This document shows positions 58,333-64,000 of a DNA stretch of 64,000 nt, piece after piece (the first letter of the stretch is position 1; the number at the start of each line of letters is the position of its first letter). The DNA is taken from contig CALMTA010000137.1 of the NCBI GenBank assembly GCA_937872505.1, positions 132 to 64,131 on the forward strand, written 5' to 3'. The position numbers and the translations under genes were made by a program. The stretch is from an uncultured Neisseriaceae bacterium. GTDB lineage: Bacteria > Pseudomonadota > Gammaproteobacteria > Burkholderiales > UBA11063. The notes under the pieces are model-generated. The model was not told where the DNA came from, searched no databases, and saw only the letters and a program-made list of their open reading frames with translations.

Positions 58333-61300
58333 GTGAGTAATTGTATTATAGACCCTATTTTAGAAAAAAAATACGGAAAAGAGGTTATAAGTTATATATA
58401 TGACTACAATGGAAAAGAAGACATAGATTTATTTTTTTCTCAAAACAAAAAATATAATGTTAACAAAAATGTATTTGATGTTTATAGTCCTATTTTATTT
58501 ACACCTAATTACTATAAAGATAATGGACATTGGTTTATGTATTATAAATTATTGAACAATATACCATTAACTTTATTTGAAAGAAATATATATAATACTT
58601 CTTTTGATAATAATATTGAAGAGGTAAAAAAAGATATAGATAAAAAAAGATTGAGTTTAAAAACATTAATAGACCCTTTGTTTGAAGAAGAAATTATGTT
58701 ATTAGAAACTTTTAATCAAGCTAAAGAACTAATACCTTATAAAGAACATTTTTTCAAAAAGCTAAATGATGAGTCTGATTTAGTACAATATGTGTCTCAA
58801 ATATATACAAAAGAATTTAAAGATTTTTTTGGAGACTGGCAAAATGAATCAAGTGAAAAAAGTGTAATGATTAATGACGACAATAGTCCTCAATTAGCTT
58901 TTCATATTAATACAACTAATGATGAAGAATTTTTAAGTATTAGAAACTTTTTACATAAAAATAGCGTGTCTGATATTATAGCTAATAAAAAGAAATATGA
59001 AGATAGATTTTACAGAGTATTAGTGAAAGATTATTATTATAATTTTAATTATAGTTTTACAGAATTAACTAAAAAGCTTTTAGAAGCTTTTCCTACTAAT
59101 AAAGAAAAATATGAGTTTTTAATGTCTAGAATTTCACCATCAGATTTATTAATTTATAATATTTCTTCATCTTACTATAAGTCAGCTATTAAGAGAATTG
59201 TGGATAATTTTGATAATAATATTCTTTTAGAAGAGACTGTAGAAGATTTAAAGCAAAACTTAGACGATGCAAACTCTTCTTTGAAACTATTTTTTTCTAA
59301 TGATTTACTTTATATAAATGAATTGTATAAAGAGTTGTTGGGAATCGAAAATGTATATTATATATATCCTGCTTTTTTAAATATAAGAAAACCTTTTACT
59401 AATGTTGACAGAGAAATACATAATAAATATATTCAAGAATTGATAACTGATAATCCTAATATATTAGTAGAAAATGATGCTATTATAGGTTTAGAAGGTG
59501 TTTATGAAGCTACATCTAAAGATGAAGTTTGGGACTATATAATTTTTGATTCTACTCAAATTAAATCTTTGTTTAATAACGGAGAGTATAATAAAGAAAA
59601 TCCTAATATCTACTATAAGAAAATAGATGAAAAAGTATTTGGATTTATTACTTCCGATAATATTATTTTTATAGACAAATCAACACTAGATAATCCTAAT
59701 GTTATGTTCCATGAATTTTATCATTTATTTGATAAAATATTATTAGAAAATAGTAAAACTAATACTAAAGAAAAAATTATAATTGATAAAGCTAATTCTC
59801 TTGTAAAAGAATATGGTTTTTTAGATAAAGTACAAAAAGACCTTAATTACAAAAACCTTTCTTTAGAGGTTCAGTTAATAGAAGCAAGAGCACAAATGAT
59901 AGGAGATTTTGCAGAAGGCAGATTTAAAGATAAAACCTTAATAAATAAAGTAAAACAATTAATTAATAATATATATAATTACATAAAAAGTTTATTTAAA
60001 AATAATATATTAGATAGTTATACTCCAGAACAAATATTTAGCATGAATATGTATGATTTTAACAATGTTATTATTAACACTATGTTGAATACAGATAAAA
60101 GTATATCTAATAATAAATTATTTGATACTTTAAAAGATATATTTGAGCCTTTTTATAAAGAAATTATAACTGATTATGAAGTAGCTAAAGATATTATTGA
60201 AGAAAATGATAAATTAAAATCATTACAATTTATAAATTCTTTGCTTGAAGAAAGTAAAACTAATCATATTAATATTACAATTGATATAAGATTAGGTACT
60301 AAATGGAATCTACCCTATGAAGGTAAAGTTATTACTGATTTGGTTATATATGCTAATGAGATTAAAAATAGTGATAATGATAAATATAAAGCTATATTAG
60401 ATAGTTTATATGAACTCATTATTAACAATAATCCTCTTTTAAAAGATATACCTGTATTAAGCTATATAGATAAAAGAGATGTTGTTGCTGGTGCTGCTTC
60501 TGATTTGTCTTTTGAAGACATAAGTTATTTTATAAGTATAGGTAATTCAGCCTTAAATATGCCTGTTGAAGATAGAGACTTAATGACAGAAGCTCGACAC
60601 GCAGCTCATAAAAAAGGCATTTATAATATTAATTTTGTATTAAGTCCATACACTTCAAATAAAATATTAAAATTAGGAGATAAAGAAACTTTATTAATTG
60701 ATAAAATTAAATATAAAGAATACTTAATCAATTTAATTTCTAAAAAAGAAGATTATAATAAAATTCTAAAAATAAAAGATTATTCTTATTTTAAAAATAT
60801 ATATGATTCTTTAGATTATAATTTTAATTTAAAAAATGTATTAGATTATGGTACTCAAAATAATATAATAAATTTATTAGGATTTATGCCTAATGATAAA
60901 AGTGATATAAATGAGTATTTTTCTAAAGTAGAGTATGAATTAAAAAGTATAAATAATAAAATTAATACTATACAAGATAAATGGGAAAAAGCTATAAATA
61001 AAGAATTTATAAAATATTTAGATTCTATAAACATTAATAGTGATAATATATCTTTAGATGATTATTATTTAAATAAAGAATTTTTTAATCTACAACTACT
61101 TATTAATACAAATGATAATCAATATAATAATATTTATAATTATTTATTTAAAAATATTAATAAATGGAATGGATATAAAAATATAGATAAAACTAATTTA
61201 AGTACAGAAGAAGTAAATAACTTAGCTATAACAGAATTTTTAAAAAACGATTTTAAAAATACTAAAAAAGTAGATATAGTTAATTATGCTAATGAAGCTA

Positions 61301-62328
61301 AAGATTATATGAAAAGTATTATGAATAATTTTAAAGCAGATAAAGATTTAATGTTAATTAATATACTTAATGATTATAAAGTTATGTTTACTCTTACTTT
61401 TTCAACAGAAAAAGATTATAACTTTACGCAACCAATGTGGACAAATATATTTAATAATATACCTTTAAAAACCAAAGGTAATCTTATATCAGAAATTGAA
61501 TATTCTTGGAGAGATTCTAATATTGAAAACATTTTAGATAATAAAAATATTTTTGATAATATATATTTTAATGTAATAGAAGATATATTAGGAAAAGATA
61601 TAGTTTTTGATTTAAATTATATTTTAAGTAAAAGAATAGTCACTTTAAAAAACTTACTTACAGAAGAAATAGAATATATTAATAAAATAATAGTTCCTAT
61701 AATTGATAAAAAATTACAAGATGATAATCAATTTAAGTTTACAATGTTAAACTTTATGAAAAACTCTTTAAAAAAATCTCAAACATTTAATGTTCTTCTT
61801 GGCAAAGACAATAAATATTATTCTAATATCAAAGATATTAATTCTTTTTTAAATAGTGCTTTAACTGATAATACATTTATTAATTACTTAGAGTCTATAG
61901 GTTTATTAGAAGATATTTATACTAATATATATAATAATGTTAAAGATAACACTTCAGAAGTTGATTATAAAGAATTAAGTAATATTATTGCATCTAAGTT
62001 AAATAACATTAAAACATTAAAAGATAACATTTCTTTAATAAAAAAATATCCTGAAAATCTACAATTTTCTAATGAAGAACTTGTCATTAATAATGATAAT
62101 ATTAATTTTCTTGTAAACTTTGATGATATAGGATATAAAATAAGTTCATCAGATAATAATGATAATATAATAGAAAATTTATCTACTTTTGCAGATAAAA
62201 CATTAACTAAGTTTAAAGATTTTAATGTTAATATAGAGCTTAATAAATTAAATTCTTTAGGTATATCTATAGAAGATTGGAACTTACTAACGCAAGAAGA
62301 ACAAAATAATATACTATACTGTCATTAA
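58333..62328 (+). CDS. polyvalent-type virion protein with ART-PolyVal-like and zincin metallopeptidase domains
   Basis: TKEFKDFFGDW...SPQLAFH...YPAFLNIRKP...YIIFDSTQIKS..NNG.Y (58801-59615); HEFYH at 59710 with downstream EARA. Confidence 0.7.
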   Translation: MSNCIIDPILEKKYGKEVISYIYDYNGKEDIDLFFSQNKKYNVNKNVFDVYSPILFTPNYYKDNGHWFMYYKLLNNIPLTLFERNIYNTSFDNNIEEVKKDIDKKRLSLKTLIDPLFEEEIMLLETFNQAKELIPYKEHFFKKLNDESDLVQYVSQIYTKEFKDFFGDWQNESSEKSVMINDDNSPQLAFHINTTNDEEFLSIRNFLHKNSVSDIIANKKKYEDRFYRVLVKDYYYNFNYSFTELTKKLLEAFPTNKEKYEFLMSRISPSDLLIYNISSSYYKSAIKRIVDNFDNNILLEETVEDLKQNLDDANSSLKLFFSNDLLYINELYKELLGIENVYYIYPAFLNIRKPFTNVDREIHNKYIQELITDNPNILVENDAIIGLEGVYEATSKDEVWDYIIFDSTQIKSLFNNGEYNKENPNIYYKKIDEKVFGFITSDNIIFIDKSTLDNPNVMFHEFYHLFDKILLENSKTNTKEKIIIDKANSLVKEYGFLDKVQKDLNYKNLSLEVQLIEARAQMIGDFAEGRFKDKTLINKVKQLINNIYNYIKSLFKNNILDSYTPEQIFSMNMYDFNNVIINTMLNTDKSISNNKLFDTLKDIFEPFYKEIITDYEVAKDIIEENDKLKSLQFINSLLEESKTNHINITIDIRLGTKWNLPYEGKVITDLVIYANEIKNSDNDKYKAILDSLYELIINNNPLLKDIPVLSYIDKRDVVAGAASDLSFEDISYFISIGNSALNMPVEDRDLMTEARHAAHKKGIYNINFVLSPYTSNKILKLGDKETLLIDKIKYKEYLINLISKKEDYNKILKIKDYSYFKNIYDSLDYNFNLKNVLDYGTQNNIINLLGFMPNDKSDINEYFSKVEYELKSINNKINTIQDKWEKAINKEFIKYLDSININSDNISLDDYYLNKEFFNLQLLINTNDNQYNNIYNYLFKNINKWNGYKNIDKTNLSTEEVNNLAITEFLKNDFKNTKKVDIVNYANEAKDYMKSIMNNFKADKDLMLINILNDYKVMFTLTFSTEKDYNFTQPMWTNIFNNIPLKTKGNLISEIEYSWRDSNIENILDNKNIFDNIYFNVIEDILGKDIVFDLNYILSKRIVTLKNLLTEEIEYINKIIVPIIDKKLQDDNQFKFTMLNFMKNSLKKSQTFNVLLGKDNKYYSNIKDINSFLNSALTDNTFINYLESIGLLEDIYTNIYNNVKDNTSEVDYKELSNIIASKLNNIKTLKDNISLIKKYPENLQFSNEELVINNDNINFLVNFDDIGYKISSSDNNDNIIENLSTFADKTLTKFKDFNVNIELNKLNSLGISIEDWNLLTQEEQNNILYCH

Positions 62329-64000
62329 TGGAAAATTGTGTAAATATATCCTCAAGAGAATTTTTAGAATTACAAAATTCTATTAATATAAATAAATACA
62401 TACTTGCTGCTAAAATTAAACTTTGGCAAGATAAAAATGGTTATGATAAATTTCCAGATGCGAAGGAAATAATAGAAAGTGGTAATGTAAATTATGCTTT
62501 AAAAATACTTAGTTCTTTTACTAATTTAACTGAAAGAAAAAATAAATTAATTAATGATTTTAATCTTAATAAAATTAGTGCTGAACAGTTATTATCTAAT
62601 AAGGAATTTGCTATAACTAAATATCAACAAGATTTATTTAAACCTTTTCTAGTTGGAAATTCATTAGAGGAAGCTTTAACAAGTTTTGCTTATAAATATG
62701 TACATGTTATAAAAATAGCGCCTATATTAGATAACAGTGATTATTCTAATTATGATAATTTTATTTATAATGGACTATTATATTTTTATAATGAAGAAGA
62801 AAATAAGTTCTATAAAGATATAGAAGAAATATCTAATAAGGAATATGATAGAGTTTTTGATATTGTAGAAAATATTAATAGAAAAGATTCAAGTAGATTT
62901 AAAGCTTTATCGGCTAAAGATTCTAATAACGTTATAAAGTATGATGATACTTGGAACTATACTGAAAGACAAATAGTATCTCCTTTTATAAATAATTATG
63001 ATAGAAAACATACTACAATTGATTCTTCTGCAATATCTTGGTTTAGATATTGGAGTAAAGGAAATACAGCAGAAGTTAATTTAATTCAATCAGATATTTA
63101 TCAAGATAGAGACATTACATTAAACAATGATTTAGTTAGTTTAATAGGTAAAAATTGGTTAAAATTTTCTTTAGAGAGTATAATAGATTATATGTCTAAA
63201 AAAAATATAGTTACTTTAAGATTTCCTTTAGGAGATAATAGTTTAAGGATTCAAAATTATAATTTAAAAAAAGAACAATTAGCTTCTTTTATAAAAGATA
63301 AAGAAAAATTAGAAACCTATTATAATAATCCTTTAGAAGATAGAGATAATTTTAATATATTAACTATTATATCTAAATATATGAATTTATCTCACAACGA
63401 CACTTCTCAAGAAAGCTTACAATATTATATTGATTCAATTAATTACGATATTAAAAATATCGAAGAATCAATATTAAGCTTAGAAAAAGGAGTTTATAAT
63501 TTTTATGAAGAAGTTATTCCTAATACTTTAAAAAAATTAGGATATAATTTAACTATTTATACAGATGAAGTTGGTAATAATTGGTTTGAAACTGATATAT
63601 CTAAAGCTTCTTCTAATAAGGAAATACTATTTCAAGATGATGTTAAAATAAACATTTTATCTCAAGAAGAGATAGAAGAAGGTAATAAATTATCTGACAA
63701 AATAGCTGATTTGATTATTGAAAATATAGCTAATAGGGAAAATAAAACTAAAGAAGAATTATTAGAAAGACTACAAATTATAACTAATAGTGAGGATGAT
63801 TTAGTTAAAGATAAAAAAGGAGGTATTATAAGATATAAAAATAAATCAATAATACTATTATCTAAATTATCAGACCCTACAACATTATTACATGAATTAG
63901 CACATGAATTTGAAAGAGATTTAACTAATGATGAAATTAATACAGTTTTAAATTGGACTAATCATAAAAGTTGGACAACTGAAACAAGTGAATTATTTGC
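62328..64000 (+). CDS. large virion/polyvalent-type protein, 3'-truncated by the window (not in ORF track)
   Basis: ATG overlaps upstream TAA; MENCVNISSREFLELQ...AAKIKLWQDKN; LIQSDIYQ; HELAH at 63891 in frame; open to window end. Confidence 0.75.
   Translation, partial: MENCVNISSREFLELQNSININKYILAAKIKLWQDKNGYDKFPDAKEIIESGNVNYALKILSSFTNLTERKNKLINDFNLNKISAEQLLSNKEFAITKYQQDLFKPFLVGNSLEEALTSFAYKYVHVIKIAPILDNSDYSNYDNFIYNGLLYFYNEEENKFYKDIEEISNKEYDRVFDIVENINRKDSSRFKALSAKDSNNVIKYDDTWNYTERQIVSPFINNYDRKHTTIDSSAISWFRYWSKGNTAEVNLIQSDIYQDRDITLNNDLVSLIGKNWLKFSLESIIDYMSKKNIVTLRFPLGDNSLRIQNYNLKKEQLASFIKDKEKLETYYNNPLEDRDNFNILTIISKYMNLSHNDTSQESLQYYIDSINYDIKNIEESILSLEKGVYNFYEEVIPNTLKKLGYNLTIYTDEVGNNWFETDISKASSNKEILFQDDVKINILSQEEIEEGNKLSDKIADLIIENIANRENKTKEELLERLQIITNSEDDLVKDKKGGIIRYKNKSIILLSKLSDPTTLLHELAHEFERDLTNDEINTVLNWTNHKSWTTETSELF

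Noticed and set aside
1-64000. TAG/TGA stop-codon reassignment, as known in some crAss-like phages
   Set aside because: Long genes are intact under the standard code and coding density is high; TAG ends the RNAP gene with the next gene overlapping.
1-64000. CRISPR array, integrase or IS transposase
   Set aside because: No regularly spaced repeats or recognisable recombinase/transposase motifs were seen by eye.

Overview
Very AT-rich, gene-dense, single-strand (+) segment of a large lytic dsDNA phage, most likely crAss-like (Crassvirales-related) with a Bacteroidota host. The host inference rests on TAnnTTTG promoter elements, A-rich start regions without Shine-Dalgarno sites, and a virion-type RNA polymerase with a DFDID motif. 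Layout: (1) 1-11.9 kb, small accessory genes, an eroded dNMP kinase, an RlaP-like nucleotidyltransferase, a metallophosphoesterase, DUF1599, and a non-coding element that folds as a complete but circularly permuted tRNA cloverleaf inside a terminal stem. (2) 11.9-14.7 kb, class II ribonucleotide reductase with an intein. (3) 15.3-21.1 kb, a seven-gene glycan synthesis/decoration cluster. (4) 21-33.9 kb, primase, nucleases, PemK-fold protein, rIIA/rIIB, WGR-PARP, a Gp88-like protein and a degenerate ThyX. (5) 34-49.4 kb, a 4792-aa virion RNA polymerase carrying a C-terminal string of conflict-type domains. (6) 50.8-56.4 kb, a family A DNA polymerase split by four group I introns, three with homing endonucleases; the exons rejoin to a 668-aa frame. 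(7) 58.3 kb to the end, polyvalent-type virion proteins. Family assignments come from motif recognition by eye; no database searches were run.
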